This document shows, piece after piece, positions 36,184-45,454 of a stretch of 52,262 nt of DNA. This DNA comes from an uncultured Alphaproteobacteria bacterium. Its GTDB lineage: Bacteria; Pseudomonadota; Alphaproteobacteria; HIMB59; GCA-002718135. The position numbers and the translations under genes are program-made. The stretch lies in contig CACNCX010000002.1 in the NCBI GenBank assembly GCA_902619045.1, forward strand, positions 1-52,262, written 5' to 3'. The notes under the pieces were generated by a model. It saw only the letters and a list, made by a program, of their open reading frames with translations. It did no database searches and had not been told where the DNA came from. Position 1 is the first letter of the stretch. Each line of letters opens with the position of its first letter.

Positions 36184-38238
36184 ATGTTAAAAAAATTATT
36201 CATAGCGTTGGTATTTTCTTCCGCAACTTTTGTTTGGAGTGGAAGCTCTTTTGCAGGTGGTCATTGTGTAGGTACAACAATGAACGATGCACAAACAGGC
36301 GGAAAATATCCTCAGCAATATGAGTTATCGGAATATGAAAGTGCAGCCAGCTGTACGATGAAATTTTCTGACAATCCAAATATTGCTAGCATTAACGCTA
36401 CAATACAAGGTAACCCAGGAAGTCTACCTCCAGTTGAGGATAGATTACCTGACGAGCCGCTTGTTGTAGTGCCATATGATTCTATTGGTAAATATGGAAA
36501 TACAATAAACTTTTTATCAAACGCAACTGAAGCCGGAACTTCAGATATGTTATCTACAAGACACGTTAACTTATTACGTTTTGCTGATGACTTAAGTACA
36601 ATTGTTCCAAACGTTGCTAAAGATTATGAGTGGAATGATGATTTTACTACTTTAACTTTCATGTTACGTAAAGGTCACAAGTGGTCAAACGGTGAACCTT
36701 TTGTAGCAAGAGATGTTGAGTTTTGGTACGAAGATTTGATGATGAATTCAAACATCCGTGAAAAACCATATCCATATCTATTAGTTGGTGGTGAACCAAT
36801 GACTGTTGATGTAATTGATGATCAAACAGTAAGATTTAATTTACCATCACCATTCCCTGGTTTAACTGCAACTATTGCATGGTCATATAACCAGTTCTTT
36901 ATGCCTTCACATTTCCTAGAACAATTCCATCCGGAAATTGATTCAAATGCAGATGCAAATGCACAAGCTTTAGGATTTGAAAACGGTTATGATGCTTTAG
37001 CAGCATATTATGGTAACTCTGGTTGGACTGATACTCCAACTCCTTTATTAGCTAGACCTGATCTAGTTGATGGATTACCTTATGCAGCGTATCCTTCTTT
37101 AGAAGCTTATATGACGATTGAAGATACTACTGAAGGTAGAGTCTATGCAGCTAACCCATACTTTTTCCAAGTTGATACAGCTGGAAATCAATTACCATAC
37201 ATTGATTATCAAAATGAAAGATACATCAATGAAAATGAAATAAGATTATTAAAACTTGTTAATGGTGAAGTTGATTATAAATCTCAGTCTGTTCAATTAG
37301 AGTCTGCTCCTCAATTACTTGATGGTGCTGAGTCTGGTGGATATCAAGTTCAAATCAATCCAGGTTGTGGTGCTGCATTATTTAGTTTTAATGTAACACA
37401 TCCTGATCCTGAAAAACGTAAAGTCTATGGAGATATTCGTTTCCGTCAAGCAATGTCAATTGCGATGAATAGAGACGAGATCAACGAAGTTGCATATTAC
37501 GGCTTAGGTAAAGTTGAGCAGTTCGTAGGATTTTCTCCTGCACCTGACTTCGTTCCTGAAAGTATAAAAATGCATATGACTCAATACGATCCAGATGGAG
37601 CAAATGCTCTTCTAGATGAAGTTGGATTAAAAGATGTTGATGGAGATGGATTTAGAGAATTACCAAATGGTGATGCTCTAGCTATTAACATTGATTACGC
37701 TACTCAAGGTATTGGTGGTGTTGAAGTTGAACTTGTCGCAAGATACTTTAATGAAGTAGGAGTAAAAACTACTTTTAAAGAGGTAACTCCGGATGAATAT
37801 CGTGGTTCGCAAGCTGCAAACCAACTTGATGTTCATGTTTGGGACAAAGGTCAACCATTGGCAATTGTTGCTGGTAACCCAGAAACATTTAAACCTCCTT
37901 TTGGTAACTACTTTAACCATACGCAAGGTTTAGATTGGGCAGCATACATTGATAGTAATGGTGACGAAGGTACTAAACCTCCTCAGTGGGTATATGACTT
38001 AAGTGATGGAATTGATAAATTCCAATCTTATGCTCTTGGTACTGCTGAGTCTAACGAGTGGGGAGAAAAAATTGCAACAATGTTAACAGAGCAAAGTCTA
38101 TTGATTGGTACGGTGAAAGCACCTTTCCCAACTTATCATAGAAACGCTTTGAAAAACTTTACGCAGTTTAAAACTACTTCGTATGAGTATTATAGAACAT
38201 ACCCATACCTAGCTACTCAATGGTGGTTAGACGAGTAA
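36184..38238 (+). CDS. ABC transporter substrate-binding protein, family 5 (Dpp/Opp-like), unusually large
   Basis: 684 aa with signal peptide MLKKLFIALVFSSATFVWSGSSFA and LPPVEDRLPDEPLVVVPYDSIGKYG typical of the family-5 N-lobe. Dpp-type permease and ATPase genes follow. Confidence 0.85.
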   Translation: MLKKLFIALVFSSATFVWSGSSFAGGHCVGTTMNDAQTGGKYPQQYELSEYESAASCTMKFSDNPNIASINATIQGNPGSLPPVEDRLPDEPLVVVPYDSIGKYGNTINFLSNATEAGTSDMLSTRHVNLLRFADDLSTIVPNVAKDYEWNDDFTTLTFMLRKGHKWSNGEPFVARDVEFWYEDLMMNSNIREKPYPYLLVGGEPMTVDVIDDQTVRFNLPSPFPGLTATIAWSYNQFFMPSHFLEQFHPEIDSNADANAQALGFENGYDALAAYYGNSGWTDTPTPLLARPDLVDGLPYAAYPSLEAYMTIEDTTEGRVYAANPYFFQVDTAGNQLPYIDYQNERYINENEIRLLKLVNGEVDYKSQSVQLESAPQLLDGAESGGYQVQINPGCGAALFSFNVTHPDPEKRKVYGDIRFRQAMSIAMNRDEINEVAYYGLGKVEQFVGFSPAPDFVPESIKMHMTQYDPDGANALLDEVGLKDVDGDGFRELPNGDALAINIDYATQGIGGVEVELVARYFNEVGVKTTFKEVTPDEYRGSQAANQLDVHVWDKGQPLAIVAGNPETFKPPFGNYFNHTQGLDWAAYIDSNGDEGTKPPQWVYDLSDGIDKFQSYALGTAESNEWGEKIATMLTEQSLLIGTVKAPFPTYHRNALKNFTQFKTTSYEYYRTYPYLATQWWLDE

Positions 38239-38256
38239 TTTAACTCAATAAATAAT

Positions 38257-38296
38257 AAAAAAAGCGGCAATTATATATTGCCGCTTTTCTTTTTTT
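38257..38296 (+). terminator. rho-independent terminator/attenuator between the SBP gene and permease genes
   Basis: An A7 run, stem GCGGCAA (38264-38270) / TTGCCGC (38278-38284) with a 7-nt loop, then TTTTCTTTTTTT (38285-38296). Confidence 0.8.
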
Positions 38297-38324
38297 AATT
38301 ATTCTTATTTTCTAATTATTTTAT

Positions 38325-39338
38325 ATGATTAATTTTATACAATTTACTCTTACACGAGCGGGGCTTGCAGTTATAACTTTGCTTCTTGTATGCTTTATTG
38401 TTTTTTCTTTAATGGAATTAGTTCCTGGAACTTGTGCTGAAAGATATCTTGCATTTAAAAATACCCAAGGATCACAAATAACGTATGAAGATATAGAAAA
38501 AGAAAAAATTCGCTTAGGTTTGGATAAACCTTTTTTGTACAGATATGGCAAATGGGTTTCTAATATAGTTTTTAATGGAGATTTTGGTGACAGTTGTATT
38601 TTAAGAATGAATATTAATGAATTATTAAGTGGAAGATTTACTTTATCTCTAATAATATGTTTGGTTGCACTAATATTTTCTTATTTAATAGCCATACCAG
38701 TTGGGATTATATCGGCCACGACAAAATATGCTTCATTAGATAATACCCTTAAATTTATAAGTTATCTTGGAATAGCTCTCCCCAACTTTTTAGTAGCACT
38801 CTGTATTATGCTTTTTATGACTGTCTATTATGGGGATACAATGACAGGCCTATTCTCTCAAGAATATGAAAACGAACCATGGTCATCAGCAAAATTATTT
38901 GATTTTTTAAGCAGAGCTTGGCTTCCCATTTTTGTTTTAGGTTGGAATGCAACTGCTTTTGCTCTTCAGACAGTTAGAGCGCTAATGTTAGATGAAAATG
39001 ATAAATTATATGTAATGGCTGCAAGAGCTAGAGGAATATCTGGGATGAGTTTATTGTGGAGATATCCTGCAAAACATTCTTTAGGTCCAGTTATCAATTC
39101 TATAGGTTTTGACCTTAATCGAATATTTAGTGCATTACCGATTGTGGCCTTAATTTTAATTCTTACCGAAGCTGGTGCATTATTGATTGAAGCTTTAGCA
39201 AGGTCAAATGATCAGCAATTAGCAGGTGCAATTATTTTTCTTTTAACAGCAACAATTGTTTTTGTTAATTTTATAACTGATATTATTTTAGCTATAATTG
39301 ATCCAAGAATAAGAAAAGGAGTTATGGGTGGAGGTTAG
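38325..39338 (+). CDS. ABC transporter permease (DppB/OppB-like)
   Basis: 337 aa with the N-terminal pattern LAVITLLLVCFIVFSLMELVPG, multiple TM segments, and the conserved C-terminal DPRIR. Confidence 0.85.
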   Translation: MINFIQFTLTRAGLAVITLLLVCFIVFSLMELVPGTCAERYLAFKNTQGSQITYEDIEKEKIRLGLDKPFLYRYGKWVSNIVFNGDFGDSCILRMNINELLSGRFTLSLIICLVALIFSYLIAIPVGIISATTKYASLDNTLKFISYLGIALPNFLVALCIMLFMTVYYGDTMTGLFSQEYENEPWSSAKLFDFLSRAWLPIFVLGWNATAFALQTVRALMLDENDKLYVMAARARGISGMSLLWRYPAKHSLGPVINSIGFDLNRIFSALPIVALILILTEAGALLIEALARSNDQQLAGAIIFLLTATIVFVNFITDIILAIIDPRIRKGVMGGG

Positions 39339-40488
39339 TAATCAAAAAAAAGAGGCTTATTATACTGCAACACAAATGCAGTTAGTAAGAACACGTTTCT
39401 TCGGAAATAGATCAGCCATGATTGCTGGTTCTATTTTATTGTTTATGATTATTTGTAGCCTCTTCGCAGATTTTCTATCTCCTTATGATCCAACAATTAA
39501 AGGAAGAGATAAAGATTATGAAAATGGAGCACCTCAAATTCCAATGTTTTGGGATGAGAATGGTTTTTCAACTAGACCTTTTTTACATACATTAGAAAAA
39601 TATAGAGGAGCAGATACAAATTTCAGATGGGTGTATAAAGTTGATACAGAAAAAAGAAGATACGTTTATTTTTTTGTTGAAGGTTGGGAATATAAAGTTT
39701 TTGATTTTAATATAAATCTTCCAGGTAAAATTTTAGATTTTAAAATCCCAGGTTTTACATTTAATACCCATTTATTTGGCGTCGAAGAGGGTGGAATTCA
39801 CATATTTGGAACAGATAAAGCAGGAAAAGATTTATTTAGTAGAACGTTAAGTGCAATTTATATTTCGCTAGCTGTAGGTACACTTGGTGTTTTTATATCA
39901 TTTGTACTATCGCTAATTATTGGAGGAATTTCAGGTTATTATGGTGGTTGGATTGATAGTGTACTTCAAATGTTTACTGATGCAATTCGAACGGTTCCAC
40001 CAATACCTCTTTTTATGTGTCTTGCTGCTTTTGCACCATTAGAATGGAGCTCTGAATTACGTTTCTTTTTTATATCTTGTTTGCTAGGATTAATTTCATG
40101 GCCAACACTTGCTAGAAGAGTAAGAACACATCTTCTTAGTGAAAGAAGCCAAGAATATATTCTTGCTGCAAAACTTTGTGGAGCATCTTCTACTCACATT
40201 ATTGTAAGACATTTATTACCAAGTTTCACTAGCTACATTATTGTCGATTTAGTTATTAGTTTTCCATATATGTTATTATCTGAAACGGCTTTAAGTTTTA
40301 TTGGACTTGGTTTAAGAGAACCCGTAAACTCTTTAGGTGTACTTTTGCAAAATGCAACAAAGGCTGACGTACTTTTAAACTATCAATGGTATTTTATACC
40401 TGTATTTTTCTTAGTCGTATTAATTTTAACATTTGTTTATGTGGGGGATGGATTACGTGATGCAGCAGATCCTCATAAGGTAAAATAA
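39328..40488 (+). CDS. ABC transporter permease (DppC/OppC-like) with a long periplasmic loop
   Basis: 386 aa with a GTG start overlapping the upstream gene by 11 nt. It has FADFLSPYDP, then a ~120-aa extra loop, then GTDKAGKDLFSR and the C-terminal GDGLRDAADP. Confidence 0.85.
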   Translation: MEVSNQKKEAYYTATQMQLVRTRFFGNRSAMIAGSILLFMIICSLFADFLSPYDPTIKGRDKDYENGAPQIPMFWDENGFSTRPFLHTLEKYRGADTNFRWVYKVDTEKRRYVYFFVEGWEYKVFDFNINLPGKILDFKIPGFTFNTHLFGVEEGGIHIFGTDKAGKDLFSRTLSAIYISLAVGTLGVFISFVLSLIIGGISGYYGGWIDSVLQMFTDAIRTVPPIPLFMCLAAFAPLEWSSELRFFFISCLLGLISWPTLARRVRTHLLSERSQEYILAAKLCGASSTHIIVRHLLPSFTSYIIVDLVISFPYMLLSETALSFIGLGLREPVNSLGVLLQNATKADVLLNYQWYFIPVFFLVVLILTFVYVGDGLRDAADPHKVK

Positions 40489-40489
40489 T

Positions 40490-41479
40490 ATGAGTCATTT
40501 ATTAGAAGTAAAAAATTTAGATGTAAAATTTGATACTGATGAAGGTAGAATTACTGCAGTTGAAAATATCTCTCTTTCTGTAGATCAAGGTGAAGTACTT
40601 GGTATAGTTGGTGAATCTGGATCAGGTAAATCTGTGACTGCTAAATCGATTATGAAATTAAATCCAGGTAATACTTCTTATAATGAAGACGCAGAAATAA
40701 TTTTAGACAACGAAAATGTTCTTCAATTTACCTCTAAGCAAGACTTAAAAAAAATAAGAGGTGGTAAAGTATCAATGATTTTTCAAGAGCCTATGGCAAG
40801 TTTTGCTCCAGCAATAAAAATTGGCGCACAAATGGTTGAGCAATTACTAATTCATAAAAATATTAATAAAGAAGAAGCAAAATCAATATCCATAAACATG
40901 CTAAAAAGAGTAGGTATCGCAGATGCAGAAAAACGGTTTAATCAATATGCATTTGAATTATCTGGGGGAATGCGTCAAAGAGCAATGATAGCTATGGCAC
41001 TATCAACAATGCCTAAACTTTTATTAGCAGATGAGCCAACAACTGCTTTAGATGTAACAATTCAAGCTCAAGTAATTAACCTAATTAAAGATATTATTAA
41101 AGAATATCAAATGGGAGTAATATTTATTACTCACGATCTAGGTGTTATTGCACAGGTAGCTGATCATGTAGCGGTTATGTATTTGGGAAGTGTAGTGGAG
41201 AAAGGTCCAGTAAATGAGATCCTTAAAAACCCAAAACATCCTTATACAAAAGGGCTATTACAAGCTTTACCTGACATAAATAACTTAGACGCACCGTTAT
41301 CTCCAATACCTGGAAATATTCCAAGTCCATTAGATAGACCAACAGGGTGTGTATTTAGAACTAGATGCCCCCATCATAATCCAGAAGGAAAAGATGGTAA
41401 AATAGAAATGAAATTAATTGAAGTTGAACCAGGTCACTGGGTTGATCAATGTGGAATTAAGTGTGGTCAAAATGGGTGA
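40490..41479 (+). CDS. ABC transporter ATP-binding protein (DppD/OppD-like)
   Basis: Walker A GESGSGKS, signature LSGGMRQR, Walker B LLLADEPTTALD, and an oligopeptide-type C-terminal domain with a Cys-rich tail GCVFRTRCP. Confidence 0.9.
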   Translation: MSHLLEVKNLDVKFDTDEGRITAVENISLSVDQGEVLGIVGESGSGKSVTAKSIMKLNPGNTSYNEDAEIILDNENVLQFTSKQDLKKIRGGKVSMIFQEPMASFAPAIKIGAQMVEQLLIHKNINKEEAKSISINMLKRVGIADAEKRFNQYAFELSGGMRQRAMIAMALSTMPKLLLADEPTTALDVTIQAQVINLIKDIIKEYQMGVIFITHDLGVIAQVADHVAVMYLGSVVEKGPVNEILKNPKHPYTKGLLQALPDINNLDAPLSPIPGNIPSPLDRPTGCVFRTRCPHHNPEGKDGKIEMKLIEVEPGHWVDQCGIKCGQNG

Positions 41480-42458
41480 TAATTTAATTTCAGTAAATAA
41501 TGTTTCAGTAAATTTTGATTATCAAGAAAATTTTATTTCAAAAAAACAAAAAATACATGCTGTAAACAATATCAATATCAAAATTAAAAAAGGATCTTTT
41601 TTTGGTTTAGTGGGTGAGTCTGGTTCAGGAAAAACTACTCTTGGTAGAGCAATACTTGGAGCTAATAAAATTAGTTCTGGAAATGTTATTTTTCATGACG
41701 ATGAAAGAGATTATGATTTAACAGATATGAACAAACAAGATTTAAAAGAATATAGAAAAAAAGCTCAATTAATTTTTCAAGATCCTTATGCTGCTTTAAG
41801 TCCAAGAATGACAGTGAGAGATATTATTGCAGAGCCTTTAGAAGTGATGAAAATAACAAACTCAAGACAAGAAACTGATGAAAGAGTAAGAGACATTGCT
41901 TCAAAATGTAGATTAAATATTGAGCATTTACGAAGATTTCCTCATGCATTTTCTGGAGGACAAAGACAAAGAATATCAATTGCAAGAGCCTTAGTAAGTA
42001 ATCCAAAATTTATAGTAGCAGACGAAAGTGTTGCAGCTTTAGATGTATCAATACAAGCAGATATATTAAATCTTTTAAAACAACTTCAAACAGAGCTTAA
42101 CCTAACTTATTTATTCATAAGTCATGATTTAAGTGTAGTAGCTCATGTATGTGATGTTGTTGCAGTTATGTATTTGGGGCACATAGTTGAAATGGGACCC
42201 TCAAGAGAATTATTTAAGAACCCAAAACATTCTTATACAAAGGCACTATTATCTTCTATTCCATCAATTGATCCAGAGAAAAGATCTGAAGCTATAGAAC
42301 TAAAAGGAGAAATTCCTAGCGCATTAAATCCACCTCCAGGTTGTGTGTTTAGAACCAGATGTCCCAATCCTGGAGTAGATTGCAAAGGTGGAGAAATAAA
42401 TATGGGCCTTATTGAAGTTGAACCAGGTCACTGGGTCGATCAGTGTTGTGCTCTATAA
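41472..42458 (+). CDS. ABC transporter ATP-binding protein (DppF/OppF-like)
   Basis: Walker A GESGSGKTT, signature FSGGQRQR, Walker B IVADESVAALD, and tail GCVFRTRCP. The ORF is open from 41418, but ATG 41472 gives the usual ATGGGTGA overlap with the upstream stop and a normal N-terminus (MGDNLISVNNVSVNF). Confidence 0.9.
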   Translation: MGDNLISVNNVSVNFDYQENFISKKQKIHAVNNINIKIKKGSFFGLVGESGSGKTTLGRAILGANKISSGNVIFHDDERDYDLTDMNKQDLKEYRKKAQLIFQDPYAALSPRMTVRDIIAEPLEVMKITNSRQETDERVRDIASKCRLNIEHLRRFPHAFSGGQRQRISIARALVSNPKFIVADESVAALDVSIQADILNLLKQLQTELNLTYLFISHDLSVVAHVCDVVAVMYLGHIVEMGPSRELFKNPKHSYTKALLSSIPSIDPEKRSEAIELKGEIPSALNPPPGCVFRTRCPNPGVDCKGGEINMGLIEVEPGHWVDQCCAL

Positions 42459-42476
42459 GTAGTTTTTATAACTGTA

Positions 42477-43466
42477 ATGAAAAATATAGCATTTATTGGA
42501 ACCTCTCATATTCATACACCAAATTTTATTTCTAAGGTAATTTCAAACATTAAAATTAATTGTATTGGTGTTTGGGACAAAGACAAGAATAGGTCAAAAA
42601 TTGACTCTGATAAACTGCAATGTAAGAATTATGATAACTACATTGATTTATTGAAAGAACCTAATTTAGATGGTGTTATTGTATGTTCAGAAACTAATTT
42701 GCACTATGAATTAGTTAAACAGATTACCGAGAATAAAAAACACTGTTTTATAGAAAAACCTTTGGGGATAGGAAAAAAAGATTCTTTTGAAATGGCAAAT
42801 CTTATTGAGTCTTCAAATATTATTTTTCAAACTGGATATTTCATGAGAAGCAATCCTGTTTACATAAAACTTAAAGAATTAATTGCTGATAATTATTTTG
42901 GCGAAATTTCAAGAATTCGACTAATTAATTGTCACGATGGTATTATGAGGGATATTTTCAAAAACTATCAATGGATGACAGATCCTAAAGTTGCAGGCGT
43001 TGGGGCTTTTGGTGATTTAGGAACACATGTTTTAGATCTTCTTTTATGGTTTTTTTCTGATGTTGAGTCAGTAAGTGCAGCCTTTACAAAAGTATATAAT
43101 CAATATCCAGGTTGTGAAGAGAGTGGAGAAGCATTAATAAAATTTAAAAGTGGATTGATAGCTAGTATTGCTGCGGGATGGATAGATATAGCACAGCCGT
43201 ATACTATTTTTGTGAGTGGAACGAAAGCTCACGCAAGAACAACCAATGAGCAATTAATTATAAACGAAAATAAGGAAGGTAAAAAAATAGAAAGAATAGA
43301 AGAAAATTTACCAGAAACATTGCCTCATGCATTTGATTTGTTTCTCAATTCATTAATTGATAACAATACCAAAAATCTAGTTACTCCTACAGAAGCTGCA
43401 TTGAGAAGTAGTATAATGGAATCAATTTACCAATCAGAAAAAGAAAAAAAATGGATAAATATCTAA
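42477..43466 (+). CDS. Gfo/Idh/MocA-family NAD(P)-binding protein (atypical N-terminal glycine motif)
   Basis: 329 aa with an EKP motif (CFIEKPL) and a C-terminal alpha/beta domain. The N-terminus reads IAFIGTSHIHTPNF rather than the canonical GxGxxG. Confidence 0.75.
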   Translation: MKNIAFIGTSHIHTPNFISKVISNIKINCIGVWDKDKNRSKIDSDKLQCKNYDNYIDLLKEPNLDGVIVCSETNLHYELVKQITENKKHCFIEKPLGIGKKDSFEMANLIESSNIIFQTGYFMRSNPVYIKLKELIADNYFGEISRIRLINCHDGIMRDIFKNYQWMTDPKVAGVGAFGDLGTHVLDLLLWFFSDVESVSAAFTKVYNQYPGCEESGEALIKFKSGLIASIAAGWIDIAQPYTIFVSGTKAHARTTNEQLIINENKEGKKIERIEENLPETLPHAFDLFLNSLIDNNTKNLVTPTEAALRSSIMESIYQSEKEKKWINI

Positions 43467-43482
43467 ATTAAAAAATATAAAT

Positions 43483-44541
43483 ATGAGTAAAATAAAAGTT
43501 GGCATTATTGGCGTTGGGGGTATTGCAAAGTTACATGTACCTGGTTGGCGCATGTCAGAACATGCAGAATTAATAGCAGGTTCCGATATAAATAATTCTA
43601 TTCTTGAAGATTGGGGCAATACAAATCAAATAAAAAAATTATATCTTGATCCCTTAGATATGATTAATGATCCAGATATAGATGTAATAGATATATGTGC
43701 ACCTAATAACTATCATTGTGATTTAGCAATTAAAGCAATGCAAGCAGGCAAAGATGTTTTATGTGAAAAACCCTTAGCTCCAAATGCCTTACAAATAAAA
43801 AAAATGATTGAAGTAAGAGATCAAACGAAAAAAAAATTAATGTGTGCTCAACACTTTAGATTTAGAAAAGATTCTCAATTAATAAAAGATCAATCCAAAT
43901 CAATTGGTTCGATATATCATGCACGTTCTTGGATGCTTAGAAGAAATTTTTTACCAGTCTCACTTGGTTTTTTAAAAAAAGAAAATTCAGGAGGAGGTCC
44001 TTGTATTGATATAGGAGTGCACGTATTAGATTTAACTCTTTGGTTTATGAACAATCCAGAACCACTTTCTGTTACAGGTGTGTCAAAAACAGAATTAGCA
44101 AAGCAGCCAAATTCTTTTAGTTACAATGGTGAGTACGATAAGGAAACAATGAACGTTGAAGATTTTGCAGCTGCGTTTGTTAGGTTTAAAAATGGTGCAA
44201 CCTTGATGCTTGAAGTATCATGGATGCTTCATCATAAACTACCAGAAGATAAAATAGAAGATATGCAGGTATGGTTATACGGAAGAGAAGCTGGTTTGCA
44301 TTGGCCTAATTGTGAGATTATAAAAAATGATATCAATTCTCAAACTCACATAACTAAAAAAATTGAAGGAAATTTAAAAGACACTATTGAACCTCATGCC
44401 AAAGAATGTATCGAGTTTGCAGAGTTTGTTGCAAACGATCAACCAGTTGCTATTCCGGCTGAACACTCTCTACAAGTAATGAAAATTTTAGATGGAATTT
44501 ATAAAAGTCAAGAAGTAGGAAAAGAAATTATTTTAGCATAA
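43483..44541 (+). CDS. Gfo/Idh/MocA-family oxidoreductase
   Basis: 352 aa with Rossmann segment KVGIIGVGGIAKLH, VLCEKPL, and GGGPCIDIGVHVLDL. Confidence 0.83.
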   Translation: MSKIKVGIIGVGGIAKLHVPGWRMSEHAELIAGSDINNSILEDWGNTNQIKKLYLDPLDMINDPDIDVIDICAPNNYHCDLAIKAMQAGKDVLCEKPLAPNALQIKKMIEVRDQTKKKLMCAQHFRFRKDSQLIKDQSKSIGSIYHARSWMLRRNFLPVSLGFLKKENSGGGPCIDIGVHVLDLTLWFMNNPEPLSVTGVSKTELAKQPNSFSYNGEYDKETMNVEDFAAAFVRFKNGATLMLEVSWMLHHKLPEDKIEDMQVWLYGREAGLHWPNCEIIKNDINSQTHITKKIEGNLKDTIEPHAKECIEFAEFVANDQPVAIPAEHSLQVMKILDGIYKSQEVGKEIILA

Positions 44542-44554
44542 CAGATTATGATTA

Positions 44555-45454
44555 ATGAAAAATAATTTATTTTTAGCCGTTATATTATCACTTTCAGGTT
44601 TGTTTTTATTGGATTGTATGGGGATTGCGATAAAGTTTTTACGAAACGAATATCCAGCAGCTCAACTTTCTGTTTTTAGAAATTTATTTGGAATGATCCC
44701 ATGTGTTATTGCTTTATATTTTTCACATGATTGGCATCAAAACGGTAGACAAATAAAAATAACGCAATGGAAGTTAGGATTATTCCGCGGAGTATTTGTA
44801 GCATTGGCTCAATTATGTCTCTATACTTCTTATGCTTACTTACCTTTTGCTTTAGTCGCTACCATGGAATACACTGGGCCCATGATGGTTACCCTTCTTG
44901 CTATTCCTTTATTAGGTGAAAAATTTGGTTGGTACAAAATGAGTGCGGTAATTTCTGGTTTTGTAGGTATCGTTTTAATTATGCAACCTTGGTCATCAGA
45001 CTTTAATTATATGTTATTACTTCCTATACTTGCTGCTTTTGGATATTCATTGGCAAGGGTAACATCCTTAAGTTTTGAGGATCATGTTCCTTCACCACTT
45101 ATCAACTTGTATGGTCAAACAGGGACAATCATAGTTGCATGTATGTTAGTGGTGTCTTTAGGTATGTGGGAAAATTTCAAAAGTATAAATGATTTCTTAG
45201 TAGTTTGTATAATGGGGATTGCAGGAGGATCTGGAACTTTACTTTTAATATATGGTGCTAGAAAAGCAGAACTTAGTAAAATTATGCCATTTGATTATAT
45301 TGAGATATTTTTTGCACTTATTTTAGGTTGGATATTTTTTGCAGAATGGCCAGTTGATCAACTTTTCCCGGGTGCTTTTTTCATAGTTTTAGGTGGATTA
45401 ATCATTTATCTTCAACAAAGAAAAAATAATTTTCAAAGATTAAGGAAAACATAA
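44555..45454 (+). CDS. DMT-superfamily (EamA-like) transporter
   Basis: 299 aa with about 10 TM segments, embedded in the enzyme operon. It shares one nucleotide with the downstream mutarotase gene. Confidence 0.78.
   Translation: MKNNLFLAVILSLSGLFLLDCMGIAIKFLRNEYPAAQLSVFRNLFGMIPCVIALYFSHDWHQNGRQIKITQWKLGLFRGVFVALAQLCLYTSYAYLPFALVATMEYTGPMMVTLLAIPLLGEKFGWYKMSAVISGFVGIVLIMQPWSSDFNYMLLLPILAAFGYSLARVTSLSFEDHVPSPLINLYGQTGTIIVACMLVVSLGMWENFKSINDFLVVCIMGIAGGSGTLLLIYGARKAELSKIMPFDYIEIFFALILGWIFFAEWPVDQLFPGAFFIVLGGLIIYLQQRKNNFQRLRKT

Noticed and set aside
10413-38238. Patches of visibly higher GC (xsc, kinase/NTase/HisD-like, tpa-ald, both SBP genes) as evidence of horizontally acquired islands.
   Set aside because: The richer patches coincide with Ala/Gly-rich, probably highly expressed or strongly conserved proteins. 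No flanking tRNA, integrase, direct repeats or transposase were seen. Composition alone cannot support HGT here, so only the kinase/NTase pair is kept as a weak possibility.
41418-41471. Longer start for the second ATPase (MKLNQVTGLINVELSVVK...).
   Set aside because: These 54 nt are the 3' end of the upstream ATPase gene read in another frame. ATG 41472 gives the normal ABC ATPase N-terminus and a typical 8-nt overlap.
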